From positions 1,524 to 65,523 of the forward strand of contig JBBSCI010000001.1 in assembly GCA_038250445.1 (NCBI GenBank): 64,000 nt of DNA, read 5' to 3'. A program made the position numbers and the translations under genes. Positions 26,867 to 36,442 of this stretch are shown here, piece by piece. Below the pieces are notes generated by a model that ran no database searches, was not told the DNA's origin, and saw nothing but the letters and a program-made list of their open reading frames with translations. The stretch's first letter is position 1; each line of letters opens with the position of its first letter. This stretch comes from Candidatus Limnocylindrales bacterium (GTDB lineage Bacteria; Chloroflexota; Limnocylindria; Limnocylindrales; CSP1-4).

Positions 26867-28891
26867 CTATGAGAGACCCGTACCAGCCAGTCGAGTACTA
26901 CCGTTCCCCGACGGCGGATTCGTGCGTGAATCGTCGTCGGACCTTGGCCGCTGGAGCGTCCAGGCAACGGCAATCGCGATCCCGACGACGATCAGCAGGT
27001 CGCCGATGCTGTACGCGTTCGCGAAGGGCCACGGCGGCGGCACCACGATGATGTCCGTCAGCGGGCGGAGATAGGGGTTGGCCAGCTCGATGGTGTTCGT
27101 GTAGCCGACCGCCGGCTGGTGCCCAGCTGCGAGCGATGTGGCGGGATCCACAGGCATGTAGCCGCCGTTCGCGACCACGGCGAGCAGGTTACTGAGGCCG
27201 CCCACGGCCGCGATCAACAGCCCCGGGATGCGGCGGTTGCGGACGACACAAGCCAGGACGGCCGCGCTCGTCAGGACATAGATGAACGGAGGGGCGCCGC
27301 CGGCGAGGGTGTTCACCGGCGGAAGGAAGAGGGCAGCCTGGACGAGGGCGGCGATGATCGCCAACGGAGCCCACTCGATGTGGGGGATCCGACCAACGAA
27401 CGACATCGGCCATCCGACGGCGCCAGTCGCGCCGACGAGCCACGGGCGGCTCGGGGAGGGTGCCGGAGACGGGGCCAGGCCCGGGGCTGCGGCGGCCCCT
27501 TCGGTTGAGGCCTCCTCATCGCCGAGACTACGGATTCGTCGCAGAGGACTCCAGAGCAGCCATCCGGCACTGGCCACGCCGAGGACGGCGGCCATGACGA
27601 GCGTCGCTCGGAGCCCGAACGCACCGCCGACCGCTCCCCCGAGCAGCGCTCCGACCGGGAGTGCGCCCCAGTCGAGCATTCGGAAGACGGCGTTCACGCG
27701 GCCCAGCGCCTCGCGCGGCGAGCGGCTCTGCCGAAGGACGAGGACATTCACGTTGTAGAACGGGATCGTCAAGGCCCCGAGGAACCTGCCCGCGAACAGG
27801 AATCCCACGGCCGCTGCTCCGGTGGCGAAGGGGAGAATGATCGTGGCGACCGCGGCCAGCAGGCTCGAGGCCACGAGAACGGGCCCGACCCCGAAGCGGC
27901 GGGTGGCGGCACCAACGGCGACGGCACCCACCAGGAATCCGACATTGCCGCCAGCGAGCAGGATCCCGATCGACGTGGCATCCATGCCGACCTCGGTGGC
28001 GGCATAGAGGATGAACACCGCCGCGATCGCCGAGCTCGCGAGATTGAAGGTCGCAGTTGATGCCGCCATGTCGCGAAGGATCCGGTCTCGCCCCACGATG
28101 CCGAGGCCGGCGAAGGCCGACCGCATGCCCCATCGATCCCGACGTGCCGTACGCGCGGCCTCAAGCTTGGCGACGCGGGCCTCGACCTGGGCCACGTAGT
28201 CCCAGACGTCCACGAGATGCCCGATCGATGCTTCAGTGTCAGGCGCAATCGTCGGCGAGGGCAGGGCGTCGCCCCGCATGTCGGCGTCGACGAGGGCCGT
28301 TGGCTTCCTGCGGGCGAACAGCAACCCGAAGGCGGCGACGAGGTACGAGATCGCATCAATGATCAGGGCACTGGGGCCGGCGACGGCCACGAGGGCACCG
28401 CCCAACCCGGGACCGACGGTCCGGGCTGCGGACTCGGACAGCTCGAGGCGTTGGTTTCCTGCGAGCAGTTCATCGGTATCGAGGAGGTCTGGGACGTACG
28501 TCTGGTACGCGACGTCGAAGACGACGCTGAACGACCCGATCAGAAATGACGTCAGGTAGAGCACCGGCAACGAGAGAGCGCCGAGCGCAACGCTTGCGGG
28601 GATCGACAGGAGCAGCGCAGCGCGGGCGAGGTTGCTGACGATCAGCAGGCGCTGTCGAGCGACCCTGTCGGCCAGGACGCCAGCCGGTAGCGAGAAAAGC
28701 AGGTATGGCAGCATCTCGACCGCGGCCAGAAGCCCCATTTCCCACGCCCCGGCATGCAGGGTCAGTGCCGCCAGAAGCGGGATTGCGACAAACGTCACCT
28801 GGCTGCCGAACAGCGAGACCGTCTCGCTCCACCACAGCCAGGAGAAGGCTCTGTTGCCCCGGAAGACGAACCAGCCGGCGATCCTGCGCAT
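26867..28891 (-). CDS. MFS transporter fused to C-terminal DUF5317-like membrane domain
   Basis: 674 aa; N-terminal ~12-TM MFS (enterobactin-exporter-like) with inserted coiled segment; Pro/Ser/Ala linker; C-terminal ~190 aa with 4-5 TM and ANGGYMPV motif; start overlaps HD-GYP stop at 28891. Confidence 0.75.
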   Translation of the reverse strand: MRRIAGWFVFRGNRAFSWLWWSETVSLFGSQVTFVAIPLLAALTLHAGAWEMGLLAAVEMLPYLLFSLPAGVLADRVARQRLLIVSNLARAALLLSIPASVALGALSLPVLYLTSFLIGSFSVVFDVAYQTYVPDLLDTDELLAGNQRLELSESAARTVGPGLGGALVAVAGPSALIIDAISYLVAAFGLLFARRKPTALVDADMRGDALPSPTIAPDTEASIGHLVDVWDYVAQVEARVAKLEAARTARRDRWGMRSAFAGLGIVGRDRILRDMAASTATFNLASSAIAAVFILYAATEVGMDATSIGILLAGGNVGFLVGAVAVGAATRRFGVGPVLVASSLLAAVATIILPFATGAAAVGFLFAGRFLGALTIPFYNVNVLVLRQSRSPREALGRVNAVFRMLDWGALPVGALLGGAVGGAFGLRATLVMAAVLGVASAGWLLWSPLRRIRSLGDEEASTEGAAAAPGLAPSPAPSPSRPWLVGATGAVGWPMSFVGRIPHIEWAPLAIIAALVQAALFLPPVNTLAGGAPPFIYVLTSAAVLACVVRNRRIPGLLIAAVGGLSNLLAVVANGGYMPVDPATSLAAGHQPAVGYTNTIELANPYLRPLTDIIVVPPPWPFANAYSIGDLLIVVGIAIAVAWTLQRPRSDDDSRTNPPSGNGSTRLAGTGLS

Positions 28892-30240
28892 CAGGCCCGG
28901 AGGACTTCCAGGTCCGACGAGAGGGGAGGCGCGTCAAGCTTGCGCTTGCCCTGATTCGGCGGGCGCCCGCTGTCGATGAGGGCCTCGTCGTCGTCCTCGA
29001 CCGGGACGTAGCCCTCCATCTCGAGGAACACGCGGATGACCTCCGGATCCCACTGCTCGCCAGCGCCCGCGGCCATCCGCCGCAATGCCTCCGTGCGTTC
29101 CATGGCCGCGCGATACGGCCGGTCCGAGGTCATTGCGTCGAACGCATCGACGACGGCGACGATCCGCGCGCCGCGGGGAATCGCTGTTCCGGTCAGCCCA
29201 TCTGGGTAGCCGCCGCCGTTCCACTGCTCGTGGTGATGACGGACGATCTCGGCGCCCGGGCGGAACTGGCGGAAGCCCGTCAGGATCTGCGCGCCAAGAT
29301 CGGTGTGCGTCCGCATCTTCGCCCGCTGGGCGGCGGTCAGGAGGCCCGGCTTCAGCAAGACGGCGTCAGGCACTCCGATCTTGCCGACGTCGTGGACTCC
29401 GGCGGCCTGTTCGATCAACGACACCTCGGCGTCGGACAGCCCGAGCGCCCGGGCGAGGCGGGCCGCGTGGCTGGCGACCCGCTCGGAGTGATGGAAGGTG
29501 CTCGCGTCGCGATGGTCGATGATCTGGGCAAGTGAGCGAACAGCGTCCTGCGTCTCAGACGCAAGCCGGCGGATATGGTCGAACGACTGGGCGATGACCC
29601 ACGCAGGAATCGCGATCAGGACGACGAGGAGCGGATCGATCGTCCAGATCAGCGCGTATTGGGCGCCGATCGCGGCGGCTGCGAGCTCCGGGGCGACCGT
29701 GCTGCTGTCCGGCCGCATCATCGCCCGCAGCGACCGCTGTTCGACGATCGCGAGGACGACGCTGAGGAGGGCGACGTTCACGACGAAGTACGTCAGGACG
29801 ACCGTGCCGACGGCCAGTGGACCGAGCAGGCCATCCACTCCAGGGGTGGGCCAGACGGTTGCTGCACGGCCCATCAGATATGACGCGAGCGAAGCCGTCA
29901 GCACGGTTCCACCGACGTTGAAGGTGACCCGCTCAGGCGGCGACCGACGGACGAGCTGCTCGAACAGGACCGCGAACCCGATCGAGAGGGCCGCTATCGG
30001 CGCCGGAACGAGCAGGATCGTCGCCACGTGGGGAACGCTGGCGATGGAGAAGCTGCCGCCCGACGGTAGCGGCACGCTCACGAACTCCAGCAGGATCGAA
30101 AACGGCAGCAACACCATCAGCGCAGGCACCCAGTCGACCGGCTGGGCACTCCATGTCGAGGGCAGCAGGAACGACCCTATGGCGAGGGCGGCCACGAGCG
30201 CGACGTAGGCGCGGAGGCGGACCTCCGTGGTCATGGTCAT
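28891..30240 (-). CDS. HD-GYP domain c-di-GMP phosphodiesterase with N-terminal multi-TM sensor domain
   Basis: HHSERVASHAARLA...VHDVGKIGVPD...RTHT...HHEQWNGGGYPDGL (HD-GYP); ~6 TM helices N-terminal; start taken at MTMTTEVRLRAY (comp 30238-30240); ORF-track start 30393 possible. Confidence 0.85.
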   Translation of the reverse strand: MTMTTEVRLRAYVALVAALAIGSFLLPSTWSAQPVDWVPALMVLLPFSILLEFVSVPLPSGGSFSIASVPHVATILLVPAPIAALSIGFAVLFEQLVRRSPPERVTFNVGGTVLTASLASYLMGRAATVWPTPGVDGLLGPLAVGTVVLTYFVVNVALLSVVLAIVEQRSLRAMMRPDSSTVAPELAAAAIGAQYALIWTIDPLLVVLIAIPAWVIAQSFDHIRRLASETQDAVRSLAQIIDHRDASTFHHSERVASHAARLARALGLSDAEVSLIEQAAGVHDVGKIGVPDAVLLKPGLLTAAQRAKMRTHTDLGAQILTGFRQFRPGAEIVRHHHEQWNGGGYPDGLTGTAIPRGARIVAVVDAFDAMTSDRPYRAAMERTEALRRMAAGAGEQWDPEVIRVFLEMEGYVPVEDDDEALIDSGRPPNQGKRKLDAPPLSSDLEVLRA

Positions 30241-30874
30241 CGCGGTCGCGTTTGGGAGCTCGGGGGCAGGTGGGTGATCGACATGCCTGACGGTGCGGTT
30301 GCGGGCCAGAGGGTATGGCTGGGTACCCTCGCACTCTGACGCTCGCGGTCGCCTCAGCCCATCGAACGATCGTACTGGCGCTGATCGCGCCAATAGAGAA
30401 GCACTGGCGAGCTAGGCCGCTCCGCCGACGTAGGCTCGTCGCGCGCTGAGAGCCTGGGCGCGCTGCTTGGATCTGCGGCGAGCGCGGTACCAGGCGAGGT
30501 AGTCGAGCAGCTCCTCGCGCTCGTACCCCGCTTCCCCGGATGCGCAAGTGCAGGGTGGAAGTCGATGGCCCTCGATCGAGGCGACAGGCCGGCCGTCAGC
30601 GATGCCACCACCGGTCGTCAGATCGGCAGGCCGGCGGCGGTCGACCTGCTCCGCAGCCTCGTGATCGTCGGGCTGGCGATCTTCGCCATTCTCGTGCTAC
30701 TTCCCGCGGCGATCGCCGCGCAAGCCGCCGTCGCGATCTGACGCGGGCGCCACATGAGACGGATCGGCCGCAACGGTCGGTCCGTCGACCACGACAAGGT
30801 GGTCCCCACTCGGACAGGGTTAGTCCGCAGGTAGAGGGTTGGCCCCAAGGGGGCCGCGAAAGGAACGAGTTTCG

Positions 30875-31141
30875 ATGGGACTCATCGCTTGGATCGTCGT
30901 CGGCGCAGTTGCCGGCTTCCTCGCGAACCTGGTCATGGGCACCCGTGAAGGTGTCTTGCTGACCGTCATTCGTGGGATCGTCGGCGCCCTGGTGGGTGGT
31001 TACATGGCAGCGACCGTCCTCAAGATCGGCACCGTCGATGGCATCAACGTCGAGAGCATCGTGATCGCCACGATCGGCGCAATCGTGGTCATCGTCGTGG
31101 CGAAGGCCCTGACCGGGTCGCGGAGTGCTCGGCACGCCTGA
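30875..31141 (+). CDS. GlsB/YeaQ/YmgE family stress-response membrane protein
   Basis: Internal ATG 30875 with AAGGAACGAG SD; MGLIAWIVVGAVAGFLANLVMG...IVGALVGGYMAATVLK. Confidence 0.8.
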   Translation: MGLIAWIVVGAVAGFLANLVMGTREGVLLTVIRGIVGALVGGYMAATVLKIGTVDGINVESIVIATIGAIVVIVVAKALTGSRSARHA

Positions 31142-31825
31142 GCGGCTCTCAGGGACGAAGACGCTTCACGGCGCCATGGTCTCGTAGTGGAGGCCGGCCC
31201 AATCGGGCCGGTCGTTCACCTCGTCGAGCTCGGGCCAGCGATCGGAACGATCGTGAGCGAGGCATCCGCACCGCCTTCGGACGCGGACGGACGCCGAGTC
31301 CCCTGAACCCCTGAGCCGATCGTCCGAGGCCTCGGCGAGCGCGGTCCGTCGCGATCTGTAATGCGCTCGCCAAGGCCTGTCGCCAAGTCGCCGAGGCCGT
31401 GGCGATGCTCGACAGCTCTTTCGCCAGTCCAGGCCGATCAAACCGGCCCTGGAGGCGATCACGGTTGGGACCGGCGCTCCCGCCCATCGGCCCGATCGTT
31501 CCGCTTGGCTGGAATGATCGGCCCTGATTCTGGTGAGCCCCGATGGTTCCACTGAAACGGAACGATCCCGGTAGGGGCGTGTCAGCGGCGAACGTGATCC
31601 GGGCCGTCTCCAGACGCCATCACATTCACGACGCCGGGAGGTTCCGACATCGACGGCGCGCGGAAGCGGATCGGCGATTCGGCGGCCTCGTGCGACGTGG
31701 TCCCTATTGCGACGCGGGTCGCCGGGAAGTCGTTTGCGCAGAGGCTCCCCACGACCGAGTCTGAGCGACAGCGTGCTTATCGTACTCATTGACACTCTCT
31801 CTGAATCACCGGTACCCTGTCTGAA

Positions 31826-32065
31826 ATGGTGACTCCCGTTCGCGCGCCTGCGCGGCTGCGCTCCCGAAACCAGCTGACTCTGCCGAACGACATCGTCGAG
31901 GCGGCCGGGATCGGCGAGGGCGACTCCTTCGTTGTCGAACTCGAACCGAGCGATCCGGACGTTGTCATCCTCCGTCGCGTCCGCTCCAGCTATGCCGGTG
32001 CGCTCAACGGGATGTACGCACCGGTGGATGAGTACCTCGAGGGAGAGCGCGCGGGCTGGGTCTAG
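31826..32065 (+). CDS. vapB: AbrB/MazE/SpoVT-type antitoxin (VapB-like)
   Basis: 79 aa, LTLPNDIVEAAGIGEGDSFVVE swapped-hairpin motif; TTGACA(31789)-18 nt-TACCCT promoter-like elements ending ~8 nt before ATG (possible leaderless mRNA). Confidence 0.8.
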   Translation: MVTPVRAPARLRSRNQLTLPNDIVEAAGIGEGDSFVVELEPSDPDVVILRRVRSSYAGALNGMYAPVDEYLEGERAGWV

Positions 32066-32068
32066 GCG

Positions 32069-32548
32069 ATGGCGGCGGCTGGGCTGGAACGTGCCATCGC
32101 TCCCGGCGCAACCCTGGTCGTGGACAGCTCGGCGATCCTCGGTTATCTCGACGCAAATGAGCGCATCAGCGGTGTCGCCGCCCACGTGTTCGACCGGCTT
32201 ATTGCCACAGGCCGCAATCGAGGAGTCGTGTCGACGATCGCGGTCGCGGAGGCACTGGTTCGCCCATTCCGGGTTGGATCGGCTTCGGCCGCCGGCACCA
32301 TTGAGGCGTTTTTCAGGAGTTTCCCCAACCTCTCGATTGAGCCGGTGTCGTACGAGTTCGCCCGTGAGGCTGCCCGTATCCGAGCGGCGACCGCGCTCCG
32401 CACGCCTGACGCGATGATTTTGGCCACCGCATCGGTGATCGGAAGCGCGATCGTGGTGGCGAACGACAGCGGATGGCTCGATGCGATCGAGCAGGCCGGT
32501 CTGACGGTCCGCCTCTGCCACCTCGACGCGTTCATCGGGGAGACCTGA
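32069..32548 (+). CDS. vapC: PIN-domain ribonuclease toxin VapC
   Basis: 159 aa, starts 4 nt after vapB stop; LVVDSSAILGYLDANE ... DAMILATASVIGSAIVVANDSG PIN acidic residues. Confidence 0.85.
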   Translation: MAAAGLERAIAPGATLVVDSSAILGYLDANERISGVAAHVFDRLIATGRNRGVVSTIAVAEALVRPFRVGSASAAGTIEAFFRSFPNLSIEPVSYEFAREAARIRAATALRTPDAMILATASVIGSAIVVANDSGWLDAIEQAGLTVRLCHLDAFIGET

Positions 32549-32639
32549 GGCTCCAGCACGACACGCAAGACCCTGATGAGGCGAGTCGACGCCGCGGAAT
32601 CATCCTTGACGGTCGGCCTATCGTGGACGCACGGCGGGC

Positions 32640-34373
32640 ATGAGCAGCCAGTCGAAATTGGAGCGCCCCGTGACCGCTGGCGAGGCTGCCGAGCGACTGG
32701 TCTGTGACCGGCTTCGGGCCGCCCTCCCGCCCGAGTACCGCATCTTCTCGAACGTCGCCTGGCTCGGCCGGACGGCCGAGCATCGGGGGCTCAGGGATGG
32801 CGAGGCGGACATCGTGCTCGCCCATCCCGATCGGGGCTTCCTCGTCTTCGAGGTCAAGTCGGGCGAGATTCAGCGCGACGCGCACGGCCGCTGGTACGCC
32901 GGCAGCCGCGAGCTCAAGCCGAGCCCCTTCGAGCAGGCGATGACGAGCATGCATGCCCTCATGAACAAGCTCGCCGAGCTGCCCGATGCGCCGCGCAACT
33001 TCAAGCCGATCGCCGGCCACGCCGTCGCCCTGCCCGACGTCGATCTCGCCAGCGCCGGCCATCGGCTGAAGCTCATCGGGCCCGGGATCGAGCCTGACCT
33101 CGTGTTCGATCGGGCCAAGCTGCCGATCGACGACCCCGACGCGACCTGGAAGGCTGTCGAGCAGGCGTTCACCCTGTGGGCCGGCGACTCCGGCGACCAC
33201 CGCGCGCCGGGGGCAAAGGGCGTCCATCTGCTCGAGGAGATCCTCGCGACGCCGATCGCCCTCCGGTCCCTGCTCCGTGGCGAGATCGCCGACGGCGAGC
33301 GGGAGGTCGTCGCCCTGACCCAGCACCAGATCGGCGTCCTGCGGCGGCTGCAGCGGAATCGGCGCGTCCAGATCGTCGGTGCCGCGGGGACCGGCAAGAC
33401 GATGCTCGCGGCCGAGAAGGCCCGACGGCTCGCGCTCGAGGGCTTCGAGACGCTGCTCGTCTGCTTCAACCAGCCGCTCGCCCGCCTCCTCGTCGAGGAG
33501 ACCGCCGACGCGGCGAAGCGGAGCGGTCGGCTGACCGTGTCGACCTTCCATCAGCTCTGCGAGGACCTCGCCCGCGAGGCTGGCACGCTGCCGAAGAAGC
33601 CGAAGCCCGTGACGGCCGAGTGGTTCAGCGAGACCCTGCCGGAGGCGCTCGACGACGCGCTGTTCGAGCTGGGGCCGAAGTTCCACGCGATCGTCATCGA
33701 CGAGGGCCAGGACTTCGACGCCGATTGGCTGCTGTCACTCGAGGCGCTCCTGTCGGACCCGAAGGACGACGTCCTGTACGTCTTCCACGACCCCGCCCAG
33801 GCGATCTATCGCGACGACGTCGTCGAGAGCCTCGGGCTGACCTCGTTCGAGCTCGACGAGAACTGCCGCAACCCGGGGCCGATCCACGCGTTCGCGATGG
33901 ACCACGCGCCCGACGCGCCCGCGACCGTGCCGTTGCGGGAAGAGGGTAGGGAGGTGGAGGTGATCGAGGCGGAGGCGGGGGCGCCGACGCTGGAGGCGCT
34001 GCGCCGCGTCCTGCATCGCATCCGGGTCGACGAGGGCGTCCGGCCGTGGGAGATCGCGGTGCTGGTCGGCGGGTCGCTGGAGGAGTCGGCGGTCTGGAAG
34101 GAACGTCGGTTCGGCAACGAGCTGCTCTGGAACGGCCAGGTCGACGATGCAGGGAAGTCGATCGGCCTGGCGGCCAAAGCGGTGCCGGCCCAACCGAACG
34201 ACGCGATCCTGTGCGACTCGATCCGCCGCTTCAAGGGACTTGAGAAGCCGGTGATCGTGCTGGTGGAGTTGAAGCCGGACGACGAGCGGTTGGAGCGACT
34301 GCTCTACATCGGGTCGAGCCGAGCTCGGCAGCACCTCATAGTCATTTCTGCTTCTCGACAAGTCCCAGGCTGA
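32640..34373 (+). CDS. NERD-domain nuclease fused to superfamily-1 (UvrD/PcrA-like) helicase
   Basis: 577 aa; N-terminal NERD (GEADIVLAHPDRGFLVFEVKSGEI); Walker A IVGAAGTGKTMLA; Walker B AIVIDEGQDF; motif VI LLYIGSSRARQHLIVI. Confidence 0.8.
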   Translation: MSSQSKLERPVTAGEAAERLVCDRLRAALPPEYRIFSNVAWLGRTAEHRGLRDGEADIVLAHPDRGFLVFEVKSGEIQRDAHGRWYAGSRELKPSPFEQAMTSMHALMNKLAELPDAPRNFKPIAGHAVALPDVDLASAGHRLKLIGPGIEPDLVFDRAKLPIDDPDATWKAVEQAFTLWAGDSGDHRAPGAKGVHLLEEILATPIALRSLLRGEIADGEREVVALTQHQIGVLRRLQRNRRVQIVGAAGTGKTMLAAEKARRLALEGFETLLVCFNQPLARLLVEETADAAKRSGRLTVSTFHQLCEDLAREAGTLPKKPKPVTAEWFSETLPEALDDALFELGPKFHAIVIDEGQDFDADWLLSLEALLSDPKDDVLYVFHDPAQAIYRDDVVESLGLTSFELDENCRNPGPIHAFAMDHAPDAPATVPLREEGREVEVIEAEAGAPTLEALRRVLHRIRVDEGVRPWEIAVLVGGSLEESAVWKERRFGNELLWNGQVDDAGKSIGLAAKAVPAQPNDAILCDSIRRFKGLEKPVIVLVELKPDDERLERLLYIGSSRARQHLIVISASRQVPG

Positions 34374-34791
34374 CGTGCGCGGGCTACGTCAGGATCGCTC
34401 AATCCTGAATGTCGCCGACCCCTGGTAGGTTCTCGACAATCTCGTCGCTTGCCACGGAGTGCAGGGCCGCACTCTCTGCCAGGAGCCGGGACACCTTCTT
34501 GCGCAGATCTAGCGCTCGGCGTTCGCCGGCCACCGAGATGGTCGTCTGCTCCGCGATGTCCATGGTGGTCCGCCACGCGATAATCTGCCCGAGCGATCAT
34601 TCGATGAGCGATTTCGCTGTCGACGCAGGCGGCCCTCGAGTCCCGGCCGAGTATCGACACCAGAGACTCGAGCCTCAAGCGTCGAGCTCGACAGCGAGGG
34701 TCCATACACGCTTTAGCGGAAGCTCTGCGCGAACATCCTCGTCGAGCTTGTCGTAGTTCGCGAACAGCGCATTCAGGAATGCTGTCTGGTC

Positions 34792-35703
34792 TCACAGTCG
34801 AATCCGAAAGTAGGCAGTGCGTGCCTCTTTGAGCACAGTCTCCTTGAACCCCGCCCAGCAAACCAATAGACCTTGGTCTGCGCCGTAGTTGGACATCACT
34901 CCCTTCAAGGCGATCAGAACGTCCGTTCCGGCTGGACTGTCGCCAGTCTTCACCTGCACAAGGAGGCGAGGCGCGTCGAGTCCAAGTGAACCGCCTGACG
35001 CCACGATATCTACTCCGCCATCTGGTCCCGGCGGAGAAACGTAAGTCTGCAGGCCTTGAGCTCGCAGCACGGCCTCCACGAGTCGAGCGAGGCCGTGACC
35101 CTTAAACCGTCGCCGGACATAGGTCAGGATCGCATCGCGGCCGACCTGTTCGAGATCTATCGGTGCCTCCTCAGCACCGAGTTCCTCCGTATCGCGATCG
35201 ACTCTCGCCTCGACAATCTTGCCTTTCCTCGCACCGACGGCCGCAAGGACCCTTTCCTCGGCGTGGTCGCGTCGGACCGTGCAGACCGTCATGAACGCTC
35301 CAAACGAGTACAGGAGGTCTTGGTCGAAGTCGGTTCGAGGGACGTCCGTTCGGTACCACTTCACGGGCACCGTGTGCCGCATGTCGGCCCCGAATTCGTC
35401 CGTCTCTTTGTAGGGCCCTGCGACCGACCCGACGGCGATCTGACCCCGGGACTTTAGTGGGACGACGACCGTGTCCGCGTTGTTGATGACGTGGGCGAAG
35501 GCCCACAGCTGCCCGACCACATTGTTTACGCGGCCGTCGCCGTCCGCGGGGTACGTCGTTCGGTACGCGGCTTTCAGGGTGTCCCGGCTGACAAACGCGC
35601 CGAGGTCGCCAACTTCCTCCCATCCCATGCCGAGGACCGAGTTGGTGAGCATGCGCTCTTCCCGCTCACCGTTGGTGCCCCCCTTGACCACCCAAAGCGT
35701 CAT
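34792..35703 (-). CDS. Mrr-like type IV restriction endonuclease (Mrr_cat PD-(D/E)xK C-terminal domain)
   Basis: C-terminus PGPDGGVDIVASGGSLGLDAPRLLVQVKTG...LLVCWAGFKETV aligns with E. coli Mrr catalytic region (GGIDGII...YVQAKRW...FITTSGFT); N-terminal domain uncharacterised. Confidence 0.75.
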   Translation of the reverse strand: MTLWVVKGGTNGEREERMLTNSVLGMGWEEVGDLGAFVSRDTLKAAYRTTYPADGDGRVNNVVGQLWAFAHVINNADTVVVPLKSRGQIAVGSVAGPYKETDEFGADMRHTVPVKWYRTDVPRTDFDQDLLYSFGAFMTVCTVRRDHAEERVLAAVGARKGKIVEARVDRDTEELGAEEAPIDLEQVGRDAILTYVRRRFKGHGLARLVEAVLRAQGLQTYVSPPGPDGGVDIVASGGSLGLDAPRLLVQVKTGDSPAGTDVLIALKGVMSNYGADQGLLVCWAGFKETVLKEARTAYFRIRL

Positions 35704-35722
35704 TGACTCTCTCCGAAAAGTC

Positions 35723-36442
35723 TCATGGTTGCCAGTAGGCGAAGACGTCCGCTACCGCTCGATCCCAGAGTTGAGCCTCGGTCTCGCCCGGCCTCGCATA
35801 GGCGACCTTATCCATCGCGACGAGGAACCCTTCGCCCGGACGTCTCGTCTGTTTGCGGACGACGATCGGAGTCAATGGCGGGCGGCAATGCGCCTTCTCG
35901 TACTCGGCGATCCGGTAGAGGTAGCCCCCGATATGGCCGCGACCTCCTGGGAGCTCGCCATAGGCGATTGTGCGCCCAGCGATCGCGGCTTCCAGCAGGC
36001 GAAAGTAGACGTCGGTTCGGAACTGCCCGGACAGTCCCGTCCTCTGCGGATCGCGCGCCCGCTGACCAGTGAGCGCCTTTGTCCCGTTCGCGACCGTCCG
36101 TTGAATGTTCGCGCCATCCGGCTTCTGATGATCGTTCGAGTACTGCCTAAGGGCGCCGTCAAAGGTTCGCATCGGGACAGCAGCACCGGCTGCCATCGAA
36201 CGGCATGCCTCCGTGTACGCCCGCCAGAATCGGAACGAGTAGTTGGCGGGCGGAGTATCGACGCCGAGATTCCAGAGGGCTCGGTAGTCGATGATCGGAT
36301 AGGGATCCCGGTGGCCGAGGTGGAGCAGAACTGACGCAGTCGGGTATTGAACGCCGTCCAGCTGGGATCCGTGCCCTCTCTTCGGTCGTTGAAAGAGCTC
36401 TCCGAGGCACTCGTTCAACGGTCGCCGCTTCGTTCGACTCAC
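35723..36442 (-). CDS. Hypothetical protein upstream of Mrr-like nuclease (possible partner)
   Basis: 239 aa GTG-start ORF, 19 nt from Mrr-like gene on same strand; no recognisable motifs. Confidence 0.5.
   Translation of the reverse strand: MSRTKRRPLNECLGELFQRPKRGHGSQLDGVQYPTASVLLHLGHRDPYPIIDYRALWNLGVDTPPANYSFRFWRAYTEACRSMAAGAAVPMRTFDGALRQYSNDHQKPDGANIQRTVANGTKALTGQRARDPQRTGLSGQFRTDVYFRLLEAAIAGRTIAYGELPGGRGHIGGYLYRIAEYEKAHCRPPLTPIVVRKQTRRPGEGFLVAMDKVAYARPGETEAQLWDRAVADVFAYWQP

Noticed and set aside
31166-32521. 451-aa minus-strand ORF spanning the non-coding flank and the antisense of vapBC
   Set aside because: No motifs; overlaps well-supported vapB/vapC on the opposite strand; composition typical of a spurious ORF.
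32532-33686. 384-aa minus-strand ORF antisense to the NERD-helicase gene
   Set aside because: Antisense of a gene with strong helicase motifs; low-complexity product.
34389-34562. 57-aa minus-strand ORF MDIAEQTTISVAGERRALDLRKKVSRLLAESAALHS... between the helicase and Mrr genes
   Set aside because: Weak RBS and no recognisable fold; kept only as a note, since a ribbon-helix-helix-like antitoxin cannot be ruled out.
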